64,000 nt of DNA from positions 3,232,001-3,296,000 of the forward strand of contig CAWKMU010000003.1 of the NCBI GenBank assembly GCA_963850905.1, given 5' to 3'. The translations under genes were made by a program, and so were the position numbers. The stretch's first letter is position 1; each line of letters starts with the position of its first letter. The notes beneath the pieces were generated by a model. The model had not been told where the DNA came from. It ran no database searches and was given only the letters and a program-made list of their open reading frames with translations. This document shows, in pieces, positions 27,698 to 36,745 of the stretch. This DNA is from an uncultured Gemmatimonadales bacterium (GTDB taxonomy: Bacteria > Gemmatimonadota > Gemmatimonadetes > Gemmatimonadales > Gemmatimonadaceae).

Positions 27698-29454
27698 TCC
27701 CTCGAGTCCGCGCGCGCCAGCTCGATCACGAACCGCACGCCATGGCCGCTCGCGGGATGTTCGACCCAGATCTTGCCGCCCTGACTCGTCATCAGGTGGC
27801 GCACGACGGCCAACCCGAGCCCACTCCCGGCGACCGCTTTTTCAGCCTCGCGGTCGAGACGGACGAAGGGCTCGAAGATCGCTGATTCTTGCCCCCGCGG
27901 GATCCCCGGGCCTTGGTCCTCGACCCACACTTGCACGCGATCGGGCGTCGACGGCGGGACCGTCACTCCGATGAACACGCTTTGTCCGGGCGGGCCGTAC
28001 TTGAACGCGTTGTCGAGCAGGTTGTACAGGACCTGCCGAAACGCACTGCGGTCGAGCATCGCCATGATGTCCGTTGGCACCGTCGCGTTGACGGACGCAC
28101 GAGCGCCAGCGGCGAGTGGGGCAACGCACGCGACGATATCCGACACGACATCAGCGATGTTCGCCGGCGCCGGCGTGACTTGCACGTTGTGGTGCTCGAT
28201 CCGCGAAAAGAACAGCACGTTGTCGACGAGTCCACTGAGCCGCTGGGCTTCTCGGACGATGGCGTCGGCGGCGTCGTCCCGCTCCGCTTGCGATCGCGTC
28301 CGACCCAGGCTGAGCGTCTCGCCGGCCAACAGGATTTGCGCGAGTGGCATGCGGAGCTCGTGCGAGATGCTCGTCACGAAGTCCGAGCGCAGCGCGGCCA
28401 TGTCGGCATCCCGTTGAGCCGTCAAGGCAGCCGCCGCACCACAGAGCAGGACGGCGCCGAGCAGGACGATGAGCGACGGCGCGCGTGAAAAGATCAGTGT
28501 CTTGCCAACCCAACTCTCCCAGGTGCGAGGCAGCGGGCCAAAGTCGATCCATAGGCCGGCGAGGGCCGGGTCCGGGATGGCCTCGCCAATGCATCCGGTG
28601 ACGATATCAGGCATGGGACCGGTCGCGTACAACGGGCGCCAGTTCGCGTCATCGACTGCCATGTTGCCGACATCGCGGTTGCGCAGGTTCAGGTTACTGC
28701 AGCAGGCCCACCCCTGCCGCCTCGAGGTATCCGCCAGGGAGCCGGAGAACAGCGCGACGCTGTCGAACACGGGAGCGATGACGGCGCGCACGAACGGAAC
28801 GGTGGGTTCGACCAAGCCGTACACGGCGCGCAGGTGGCCGTCCGTGTCGAACTTGCCCATGACAATGGCGACAGCACGGATCGAGTCGCGGCGCACGGCC
28901 GAGTCTCGGAGGCCGGCCGCGAACACGTCCGTCCCGCGCAGATGCGGCAGTGCGGAGGTCAGGGTCCGACGCAGGCCGATCGTGTCCGCCGAGGCGGTGT
29001 CCGGTAGGGCCGCGCCATTACGCGCGAGACCCGCGTCGGCCGCGGGCACAATCGTGAGATGGGAGAGCGCATTCCCATCGAGGTCGAACCGGAAGAACCG
29101 GGTGGTTGGAAGCTCGGGTGCGCAGTGACAGTCCTTCACCTTGTCCGACGCCTGCGCGAGCGCGGCGGGCGAGGGAAGAGGTTCCGCCACCGCCACTGGC
29201 GCCCGCCCACCCACACCGGCGAATATCGGATCGCTCGCCAATGCGAGGAAGACTTGCGAGCGCGCCTGGAGAATGCGAGCGGCGGCTGCGGCAAACATGC
29301 AGGTGGCCTGCTCGACATTGTTTCGATCAGCCGACGCCGTGCGCCACGCGGTCACACCGAACAACACGGTCAGTGCGGCGGTGAGTCCGATCAGCAGCTG
29401 TGCGCGCGACAGGCGTCGGCGAGGTCGACCGTTTCGAGCGGAGGGAAATCGCAT
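27664..29454 (-). CDS. Membrane sensor histidine kinase with Cys-rich periplasmic domain
   Basis: Two TM helices; H-box SHELRMPL, N-box NLLDNAFKY, DQGPG and GSGLGL; GGAG RBS before ATG 29454. Confidence 0.92.
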   Translation of the reverse strand: MRFPSARNGRPRRRLSRAQLLIGLTAALTVLFGVTAWRTASADRNNVEQATCMFAAAAARILQARSQVFLALASDPIFAGVGGRAPVAVAEPLPSPAALAQASDKVKDCHCAPELPTTRFFRFDLDGNALSHLTIVPAADAGLARNGAALPDTASADTIGLRRTLTSALPHLRGTDVFAAGLRDSAVRRDSIRAVAIVMGKFDTDGHLRAVYGLVEPTVPFVRAVIAPVFDSVALFSGSLADTSRRQGWACCSNLNLRNRDVGNMAVDDANWRPLYATGPMPDIVTGCIGEAIPDPALAGLWIDFGPLPRTWESWVGKTLIFSRAPSLIVLLGAVLLCGAAAALTAQRDADMAALRSDFVTSISHELRMPLAQILLAGETLSLGRTRSQAERDDAADAIVREAQRLSGLVDNVLFFSRIEHHNVQVTPAPANIADVVSDIVACVAPLAAGARASVNATVPTDIMAMLDRSAFRQVLYNLLDNAFKYGPPGQSVFIGVTVPPSTPDRVQVWVEDQGPGIPRGQESAIFEPFVRLDREAEKAVAGSGLGLAVVRHLMTSQGGKIWVEHPASGHGVRFVIELARADSRDYAHSTTVMKP

Positions 29455-29613
29455 CGCTATCTCCAAATCCCGGGCGTCCACTAATGTGGTCACAACGCGC
29501 CTCGGTCAGCCTGGGCGCGACGCCACCATATGTGTCAGCGTTGGGTAAATTACGGAAGCGAGCGCGGCGCCGCTGCAATGTGCCAAGGTATGTTCGAGTG
29601 AGGTCACATCTGT

Positions 29614-30429
29614 GTGAGAGGCGCGTCAAAGGTGCAGCCAGCTCGGCCCCAAGCGGCCGGCCAGAGCCGCGTAGACTCCGCGGAGGAGCCCAGGCGAGCT
29701 CTGTCGGCCGAGCCGCCGGCGCCCCAACTCCTGTTGATCGAAGACAACGTCCATTACGCCTCCGCGCTCCGCAACAATCTCGAGATCGACGGCTTCGTTG
29801 TAGACGTTGCTGGCGATGCCGTCGACGGGTTGCAGCGCATGCAGGCCAACCCGCCCGCCCTGGTCGTGCTCGATCTCATGTTGCCGGGCCGGGATGGATA
29901 TGAGCTGCTGCGCCTCATGCGAGACCAGGGCATTGATGTCCCGGTCGTCATCCTGACCGCTCGCCGGGACGAAATCGACAAGCTGCGCGGATTCGGCCTT
30001 GGTGCCGACGATTTCATAACAAAGCCCGTCAGCATCCTGGAGCTGATCGCCCGCATCCGCGCCGTGCTCCGGCGGGCCCATCCGCGACTCGAGTCGGGAA
30101 CGCTTTGGATCCGATTTGGCGATATCGAAGTGCATCCCGCGACGCGCACGGTGCGGCGGCGCGGGGTCGAGGTGGAGTTGCGCCCGAAGGAATTCGATCT
30201 CTTGCTCGCGCTGCTGCGCCACCAGGATCGCATCGTCTCTCGGTCCGAGCTGCTGCGCGATGTGTGGGGCTATCAGGCCGACACCGTGAGCCGGACGGTG
30301 GACACGCATATGGCTGGGCTGCGGCAAAAACTCGAGGACGATCCGCTCGACCCGCGGTACTTCATCACCGTGCGTTCTGTCGGATACATGATGCGCCGCG
30401 GCGGCCGCGACGGTGGTAATGTGAGCTGA
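29614..30429 (+). CDS. OmpR/PhoB-family response regulator (start uncertain)
   Basis: LLIEDN, LDLMLP, GADDFITKP receiver domain and winged helix (KEFDLL, RTVDTH, TVRSVGY). Confidence 0.93.
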   Translation: MRGASKVQPARPQAAGQSRVDSAEEPRRALSAEPPAPQLLLIEDNVHYASALRNNLEIDGFVVDVAGDAVDGLQRMQANPPALVVLDLMLPGRDGYELLRLMRDQGIDVPVVILTARRDEIDKLRGFGLGADDFITKPVSILELIARIRAVLRRAHPRLESGTLWIRFGDIEVHPATRTVRRRGVEVELRPKEFDLLLALLRHQDRIVSRSELLRDVWGYQADTVSRTVDTHMAGLRQKLEDDPLDPRYFITVRSVGYMMRRGGRDGGNVS

Positions 30430-30485
30430 AGCACAGCCCGCCCGGTTAGCGATGTGTTAATGGTCCTGTTTCGGGGCCGGCGCCC

Positions 30486-31271
30486 TTGATGGCGCGTCGT
30501 TCCGCGCACTATCGTGCATGCACAGTCCCAATGGCGACAGCCGGAGGGGGCGTGTTAGCGCACCTCGTTGCACCGACGGACGAACCTGTCGGCTCCCGAC
30601 CAGCATTCCTGATCGCGGCGCTGCTTGCGAGCGCGCAGCTCGGACTGCTCATGCCGCCGACGTTCGGAACCCGGCCGTTGGCCACCGTCCATCAGCCGGT
30701 CCCAACGCCGGCGCTTTACCTCCTTCCCGTTTGGCCGACGCACCAGGGGCGACCGCGCTCTGAGCGCGTTCAGTGGACGGCGATCGGCGGGCCCGGTTCT
30801 CAGGGGCCAGGAAGCGGGTCGGGCGGCGGGATGCATCGAAAGCGCGACCCTGGCCAGCCGCATCCAGCGGCCGTAAAGGCGCCGGTGGCGGTGGCCGACT
30901 CTGAACCCACGGTGTACGACGGAAGCCGCGTGTACATCGCGCCGGAGCTGGAGCGTCCGGTCGCCCGTGATCCGGCGAGCGGTGGCCCCGCCTATCCCGA
31001 TTCGCTCCGGGCGCACGGCGTGGAAGGGCTCGTGGTGATCCGATTCATCGTGGACACCGGCGGGCACGCCGATAGCAGCACGCTGCGCTTCGTAGAGGCC
31101 ACACACCCGGGCTTCGCGGACGCTGTTCGCAGTGCGCTCCCGCGCATGCTCTTCATCCCGGCGGAGCTCGACGGCCGACACGTACCGCAACTGGTGAGTC
31201 AGGAGTTCCGGTTCGTGATTACCCGCGTCGACACGATCCCGGCGCGCGGTCATCGCCGCGCGAAGGCGTGA
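30486..31271 (+). CDS. TonB C-terminal domain protein (energy transducer TonB-like)
   Basis: PAYPDSLR..GVEGLVVIRFIVD..G...FIPA..G TonB-C pattern; N-terminal hydrophobic segment. Confidence 0.8.
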   Translation: MMARRSAHYRACTVPMATAGGGVLAHLVAPTDEPVGSRPAFLIAALLASAQLGLLMPPTFGTRPLATVHQPVPTPALYLLPVWPTHQGRPRSERVQWTAIGGPGSQGPGSGSGGGMHRKRDPGQPHPAAVKAPVAVADSEPTVYDGSRVYIAPELERPVARDPASGGPAYPDSLRAHGVEGLVVIRFIVDTGGHADSSTLRFVEATHPGFADAVRSALPRMLFIPAELDGRHVPQLVSQEFRFVITRVDTIPARGHRRAKA

Positions 31272-31274
31272 CTA

Positions 31275-31495
31275 CAGGGGTCAGGCGATCGCCAACGCGG
31301 ACGGGCAACCGTGGGCGACCTGAAGGTCGCCCCTACATGTCGGTGTGAAGGCGAAGAGAATCGGCGGCCTTCTTCGTTCGCGAAGGCAAGTCTCGGAATT
31401 GGGTGACGTCGCCGCCCGCAGCAACATGTAGGGGCGGGCTTCAGCCCGCCCGCAGTTGTGGCTGCGGTTGTCGTTCCCCGACCCCTGACCCCCGC
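31275..31495. repeat. Inverted REP doublet (REPIN-like) flanked by heptamer arms
   Basis: GGGCGACCTGAAGGTCGCCCCTAC (31313-31336, minus-oriented) and GTAGGGGCGGGCTTCAGCCCGCCC (31428-31451); outer CAGGGGTCAGG and CCCCGACCCCTGACCCC. Confidence 0.75.
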
Positions 31496-31498
31496 CGT

Positions 31499-32131
31499 TT
31501 AGTCGCCTAGCATGTTGTGCATCCGGTCGATCTCCGACGTCTGATCGGCACCCACGTCGGAGGCGAACTTGAAGATGTCTTCGTCCTGACCAGCACCCGG
31601 CGAGTCAAACAGCGTCTGCACCATTTGCAGTGCGCCCTGGTGGTGCTGGATCATGAAGGTCAGGAACAATCGGTCGAAGTCGGGGCCACGGGCGGCGTTG
31701 AGCTGCGCCATCTGCTCTGGCGTCAGCATTCCGGGCATGCGGCCTCCATTCATGCCGGGCATGTCACCCATGGTCGCCGTACCGGTCGCGAAGTCCGCCT
31801 CCGGCACCATCTGGTGACGCTCACGCAGCCACCGCTGCATCGTCACAATCTCATCCCGTTGCGCCACATCAATGCGTTCGCACAGTCGGATCACGTCCGG
31901 CCGCGCGCCATGTGTGGGCGCCCAGCGCGCCATGGTCACGGCCTGGGCGTGGTGATGGATCATGCCCTGCATGAACTGCACGTCGGCAGCCGCGAACGGG
32001 GGACGGCCGCTGTCGGCCGCGGACTTCTGCGCAGGCGTGAGCCCTACGGTTTGGGCCGCCGCCATCGGCGCGGCGAATGCGATCGTTGCCGACACCAGCG
32101 CCGCGCCCAGCGGACGAGACCATGTTCGCAT
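31499..32131 (-). CDS. DUF305 family secreted protein (CopM-like ferritin fold)
   Basis: Signal peptide, FMQGMIHHHAQA, FDRLFLTFMIQHHQGA and a Met-rich linker. Confidence 0.9.
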   Translation of the reverse strand: MRTWSRPLGAALVSATIAFAAPMAAAQTVGLTPAQKSAADSGRPPFAAADVQFMQGMIHHHAQAVTMARWAPTHGARPDVIRLCERIDVAQRDEIVTMQRWLRERHQMVPEADFATGTATMGDMPGMNGGRMPGMLTPEQMAQLNAARGPDFDRLFLTFMIQHHQGALQMVQTLFDSPGAGQDEDIFKFASDVGADQTSEIDRMHNMLGD

Positions 32132-32365
32132 TCTTCTCACTCTCCCGGGACACCCACGGTGTGACTGCCTGGGCGGGGAGACACCGTGCCGTCATCGCCC
32201 AGGCCCCGGCGACCCTCTGCACTCGCCGGAATCGGAGAACGTACGCCCTCTTTTCCGGGTTGGAAAGAGGCGACCCGCGGGGCCCCATCACGCACGGCAC
32301 GCCGTTATCGTTCGCCGTTATCGCTCGCCATTGCGGTCATCGTTCGCTCATTTCATCCCCGGTTC

Positions 32366-33826
32366 ATGCGTCCAGCGACACACAAGCAGCCGCACCGATC
32401 CTGGCAGTGCGGGCTGCGTCTGGCGACACAGCTCGTCGTCGTCGCCGCACTTCCGCAAGCGTGCAAGACGGCGGGGCAGGGCACCGCAGCGGCGCCGAGC
32501 GACCGAGATCGCCTCGTCACCCGCATCGATAGCCTGGTGGACGCGTACCGCGTCGCGGACCACGCACCGGGGACTTCAGTCGGCGTCGTGCACGGATCGG
32601 ACACCCTGGTGCTCAAGGGGTTTGGGTTCGCCAATGTCGAAGACAGCGTCCCGGCGACTGCGGCGACGGTGTACCGCATCGGCTCCATCACGAAGCAGTT
32701 CACCGCCGCGGCCATCCTGCAACTCGTCGAGCAGGGTAAGGTCCAGCTCGACGCCCCGGTGTCGACCTATCTGCCCCACTTTCCCCGGGAAGGTGGGCGA
32801 GCGACCATAAGACAGCTGCTCACGCACACGTCCGGGCTGCCGAACTATACCGAGCTCCCTGCATTCGCCGATGTGCGACGCACCGATCTGGCGGACGGCC
32901 AGCTCGTAGCGCTCTTCGGGGGGCGGCCGCTCGATTTTCCGCCCGGGACTCGATGGCACTACAGCAACTCGGGGTATTACACCCTGGGGCTTGTGCTGCA
33001 GCAGTTGGGCGGTGTGCCCTACGCCGTCTACCTGGACCAGACGATCCTCAAGCCGGTGGGACTGGCGCACACGCTCTACTGCAGCGTCGAGCCTCTTGTC
33101 CCGCACCGCGCGGCGGGCTATTCGGTCACGAGCAACGAGGTCGTCAACGCGTCCTATCTCAGCATGCACCTGCCAGGTGCGGCAGGTGCCCTCTGCTCGA
33201 CGGTCGGCGACCTGCTGCACTGGCAACAGGCGCTCGTCGGAGGCCGCGTCGTCCGTCCGGAGACGTACCGCGAGATGACGACCCCGGCAGTGCTGCGCGA
33301 CGGGACGCATCCCACCTACGGCTTTGCCCTTGGTGTCTACACACTGCATGGCCACGCCGCCGTGGAGCATTCGGGGGGCATCAACGGGTTCAGTGCTGAT
33401 CTGGCGTACTACCCGGCGGACAGTCTCTCAGTCGTCGTGCTCATGAACAGTGACGGCGGTGACGCCTCGCTCCTCGCCCGCCGCGTTGCCGAGCTCGTGA
33501 TGCACACCCCCGACGAAGGCGGCCTCGATCTCGCCGTCGACGCGTCGAGTGCCCAGCGGTATGTCGGGACGTACACCGCCGACGCGGGACAGCCGCGGAT
33601 CGAGCAGCGCGGCAGCCACCTGGTGCTTGTCGAGCAGGACGAGCATTCGTTGCGGTTCCAGGGGCATGACCGGTTCGTGACCGCGGATGACCACGATACC
33701 CAGCTGCGATTCACGGTCGTCGAGGGCCGCGCCCGCGCACTGACGATTACCGACCCCGATGGTACGCCGCACGAGTTCACTCGCGCCGCCAACGCAGCCG
33801 TCCCGGCCAAGCAGGGAAGAGGCTGA
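32366..33826 (+). CDS. Serine hydrolase (beta-lactamase class C/CubicO-like)
   Basis: GSITKQFTA (SxxK), LLTHTSG, YSN and HSGGING. Start uncertain. Confidence 0.9.
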   Translation: MRPATHKQPHRSWQCGLRLATQLVVVAALPQACKTAGQGTAAAPSDRDRLVTRIDSLVDAYRVADHAPGTSVGVVHGSDTLVLKGFGFANVEDSVPATAATVYRIGSITKQFTAAAILQLVEQGKVQLDAPVSTYLPHFPREGGRATIRQLLTHTSGLPNYTELPAFADVRRTDLADGQLVALFGGRPLDFPPGTRWHYSNSGYYTLGLVLQQLGGVPYAVYLDQTILKPVGLAHTLYCSVEPLVPHRAAGYSVTSNEVVNASYLSMHLPGAAGALCSTVGDLLHWQQALVGGRVVRPETYREMTTPAVLRDGTHPTYGFALGVYTLHGHAAVEHSGGINGFSADLAYYPADSLSVVVLMNSDGGDASLLARRVAELVMHTPDEGGLDLAVDASSAQRYVGTYTADAGQPRIEQRGSHLVLVEQDEHSLRFQGHDRFVTADDHDTQLRFTVVEGRARALTITDPDGTPHEFTRAANAAVPAKQGRG

Positions 33827-33865
33827 GAGGCGGCACAGCCACCCTCACCAGCCCGTCGGCTTGTT

Positions 33866-33890
33866 CCCTGACCCCTGACCCCTGATCCCC
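33866..33890. repeat. Tandem heptamer CCCTGAC x3
   Basis: Visible between convergent stop codons; same unit as the 31275-31495 arms. Confidence 0.65.
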
Positions 33891-33894
33891 GCAG

Positions 33895-35931
33895 TTACTT
33901 GAGCTTCATGCTCTGAAAGACGTTGCTGAATCCGTCTGTCCACGCCTGAAATCCAGCCGGAGCGCGGGCGGGCGACATGGTGGCGCCCTGGAAGCTCGGG
34001 GCACTGAACCAGGTCGTGTCGTCCGTCACGAGCACCCACGTCGACGAAGAGAAGTACGGCGCGCCCGAGCCATCGTCGTCCACCACCACGGCGTGTTTGC
34101 CAAGCGATTCGGCGCCGCGCGCGCAGACCGGCGCGAGGTCGAGGTACCGGTTGGAGATGTGCAGCGCGAGGATGCCGTCCGGCTTGAGGTGCCGGAAATA
34201 CAGTGCGAGCGCCTCGTTCGTGAGCAGGTGAACCGGAATCGCATCGCCCGTGAAGGCGTCCACCGATAGCAGATCGAAGTCTTGGTTGTCCTGCCGCTCG
34301 AGCGTGAGTCGCGCGTCGCCGAGCAGGATCCGCTTGTCAGCCGCGAGGTGGGGGTAGAAGGAGAACTCCGTTTCCGCTATGTGCGGCACCAGCGGATTGA
34401 TGTCGTAGATGCGGTACACATCGCCAGGCCGGCCGTAGCTGGTCAGCACACCTGCTCCCAATCCGATGCTGCCAACGCGGATCGGCCTGCCGGCTTCCAA
34501 CGCCAACAACGCGCGGCCGACCCCGGACTTGGGACCGTAGTAGTCGGTCGGCTCGTACCGGCGCGCCGAGTCCAACAGCTGCGACCCATGAACAATGGCG
34601 CCATTGTACAACGTGCGAACGCGATAGCCGACATCCGGCGGATCATCCCGCACTTCCAGCACGCCGTAGAAATTCCGAGCCAGGAGGCGATACCCCGCAC
34701 GCCCTAGCCGCTCCTCGCGAACAATGTAGCCTGCGAGCACGACGGTGGCAGCCACGAGCAGCATGCGGAATGGCCAGAGCCCAATGTCCGGGAGGTTGAC
34801 TCGCCAGAGGACGATCAGCCCGATCACCGCGCAGGCGACGACTCCGATCGGCAGCTCGAGGTACGTGTCGAACACCCGTGGCGCGACCAAAACCACGAAC
34901 AATCCGCCCAGGGCCCCGCCCAGCGCCACCATGAGATAGAAGAGTGTCAGGTACTGCGGCGCGGGACGGCGGCGGGCGAGCTCACCGTGACAGACCATGC
35001 AGCACACGAAGAGGCCGCCCGCAAACAACGCCAACAACTTCTTGCTCGGCGAGCCCGCCCACATGAAATGCGCCATGGCCGCGAGCACAACGGCGAGGAG
35101 TGGGAGGAACAGCCACCGCTGATACAACCGGTCGCTCTCGAAGGCGAGGATGAAAGTCGCGAGATACGCGGCGAGCGGCACCACCCAAAGCAGGGGGATC
35201 GGCGCGATGTCCTGGCTCATGTGGTGCGTCGTCGCGATCAGCAGCGTCGACGCACACGCCGCCGCCGCAATCCAGAATACGATGGTCCCCACACCCGGCT
35301 GAACCGCCAGCGACGGCGCTCGCAGCGTCGCCGCTTCGCGCGGGATGCCGTCGCGTCGGCTGACCCATGCAACAGTGATACAGAGCAGTACGAAGGCGAC
35401 GTAGCTGCCCGACCAGGTGAATGCCTGTTGCCGTGATGTCAGCCAGGGCTCGACGAGAAAGGGGAAGCTCAATAACGCGAGCAGCGAGCCGAAGTTGGAG
35501 AGCGCAAATAGGCGATAGGGGACGGCGCGGTCGCGCTGGCGCACGTACCAGGCTTGCAACAGTGGACTCGTGGCCGACAGTAGGAAGTAAGGCAGCCCGA
35601 TGCTGACGGTGAGGGTCGCGATGATCCGAAGTGCGGGCTCACGAGGGTCGCTCGGCTTGAGCCAAGCGGGGGGCAGAATCGGCAAGAGCGCACAGCTCAC
35701 CGCAAGCAACACGGCGTGGATCCCAACCTGGGCCCTGGGGCGCACGAAGCGGACGAGAGCGTGCGCGTACGCGTAGCCGGCGAGGAGAACGATCTGAAAG
35801 AAGAGCAGTGCCGCGCTCCATACGGCAGCTGACCCGCCAAACCACGGGAGGATGATCTTCGCGATCAGCGGCTCGACTTGAAACAACAGGAACGCTGCGA
35901 GGAAGATCGTGACCGCAAACAGAGCTGTCAT
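33895..35931 (-). CDS. Membrane protein fused to a spermidine-synthase-like SAM-binding domain
   Basis: About 12 TM N-terminal half (LLFQVEP, CHGELARRRP) followed by IGLGAG, DINP, GDAR and DAFTGDAIPVHLLT. Confidence 0.88.
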   Translation of the reverse strand: MTALFAVTIFLAAFLLFQVEPLIAKIILPWFGGSAAVWSAALLFFQIVLLAGYAYAHALVRFVRPRAQVGIHAVLLAVSCALLPILPPAWLKPSDPREPALRIIATLTVSIGLPYFLLSATSPLLQAWYVRQRDRAVPYRLFALSNFGSLLALLSFPFLVEPWLTSRQQAFTWSGSYVAFVLLCITVAWVSRRDGIPREAATLRAPSLAVQPGVGTIVFWIAAAACASTLLIATTHHMSQDIAPIPLLWVVPLAAYLATFILAFESDRLYQRWLFLPLLAVVLAAMAHFMWAGSPSKKLLALFAGGLFVCCMVCHGELARRRPAPQYLTLFYLMVALGGALGGLFVVLVAPRVFDTYLELPIGVVACAVIGLIVLWRVNLPDIGLWPFRMLLVAATVVLAGYIVREERLGRAGYRLLARNFYGVLEVRDDPPDVGYRVRTLYNGAIVHGSQLLDSARRYEPTDYYGPKSGVGRALLALEAGRPIRVGSIGLGAGVLTSYGRPGDVYRIYDINPLVPHIAETEFSFYPHLAADKRILLGDARLTLERQDNQDFDLLSVDAFTGDAIPVHLLTNEALALYFRHLKPDGILALHISNRYLDLAPVCARGAESLGKHAVVVDDDGSGAPYFSSSTWVLVTDDTTWFSAPSFQGATMSPARAPAGFQAWTDGFSNVFQSMKLK

Positions 35932-36019
35932 CGGTGGGCGGCAAACCTAGCCGCCCACCTGCGGCCATGCTAGCCGCGAGCGCGCCGGCCTGGTCGGCCG
36001 GCGCGCCAGACTCGCCCGG

Positions 36020-36457
36020 CTATTCCTTCTTCGGCTTCGGTGGCGGACAGACCCGCTCGGCCGTGGGCTTCGTGGGGTCCTTCACGCAGGGTGGGGGCGG
36101 CGGGTTGACAACGGGCCCGACAGCCTTGCCGTTCAATGAGGTGAGGGATTCCGACCCGCCGGACGTGGGGCCGGTGAGTACCTTGGGGCTGGCGGCCCCA
36201 ATTTCCTTGGTGATCACGACAGGCTGATGGGTCGTCATTCCTTTCCCCGTGTCGCCACTACTAGGCGGGGTGAGCTTCAGACCGCCATGGTACGCATTGC
36301 ACAGAGTCGCCGACGCCGCCGTCGTGCCATCGATGCACGCCACCGGCGTCGACCCATCAGACGGATTCTGCGCGTGCGCGGCGCCGGGGATGCAGCACAA
36401 ACCGACCGACATGAGTGCAGAGACGCTGACTGTGAGACGTTTGGCGAGGCACATCAT
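36020..36457 (-). CDS. Small secreted hypothetical protein with DUF3761-like and Hcp-like segments
   Basis: Signal peptide ending AHA, GGAG RBS, CIDGT...C..YHGG and HQPVVITKEIGAASPK. Confidence 0.65.
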   Translation of the reverse strand: MMCLAKRLTVSVSALMSVGLCCIPGAAHAQNPSDGSTPVACIDGTTAASATLCNAYHGGLKLTPPSSGDTGKGMTTHQPVVITKEIGAASPKVLTGPTSGGSESLTSLNGKAVGPVVNPPPPPCVKDPTKPTAERVCPPPKPKKE

Positions 36458-36585
36458 GGCTCCCGTGACAGAAGGTCATGCACACAAGGATGCCGGAGAC
36501 TCACCTGCCGCAGCCAATACTTTGTTCTGAAGCTCGAGATAGCCTGCGACTATGAGCAGTCTGTGCACGAGCCATCCCTCGCCGG

Positions 36586-36610
36586 GTAGGGGCGACGCAT
36601 GCGTCGCCCT
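36586..36610 (+). repeat. GTAG-family REP
   Basis: GTAGGGGCGACGCATGCGTCGCCCT, identical to 55638-55662. Confidence 0.85.
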
Positions 36611-36745
36611 CTGCGGCATCCGCCGGGATGCGGGCGTGTTATCGCGATCCGCCGTGTGGTGGAGACGCCTCGCGATGACGCGCTCAACCACAGCACGTAA
36701 CCGCGGTGTAGCGAAGCCGCCGCTCACTCTTTCGTGAGGCAGACC

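Noticed and set aside
32366..33826. Antibiotic-resistance beta-lactamase call
   Set aside because: SxxK/YxN/HxG motifs are shared by many peptidases and esterases of this fold; resistance cannot be inferred.
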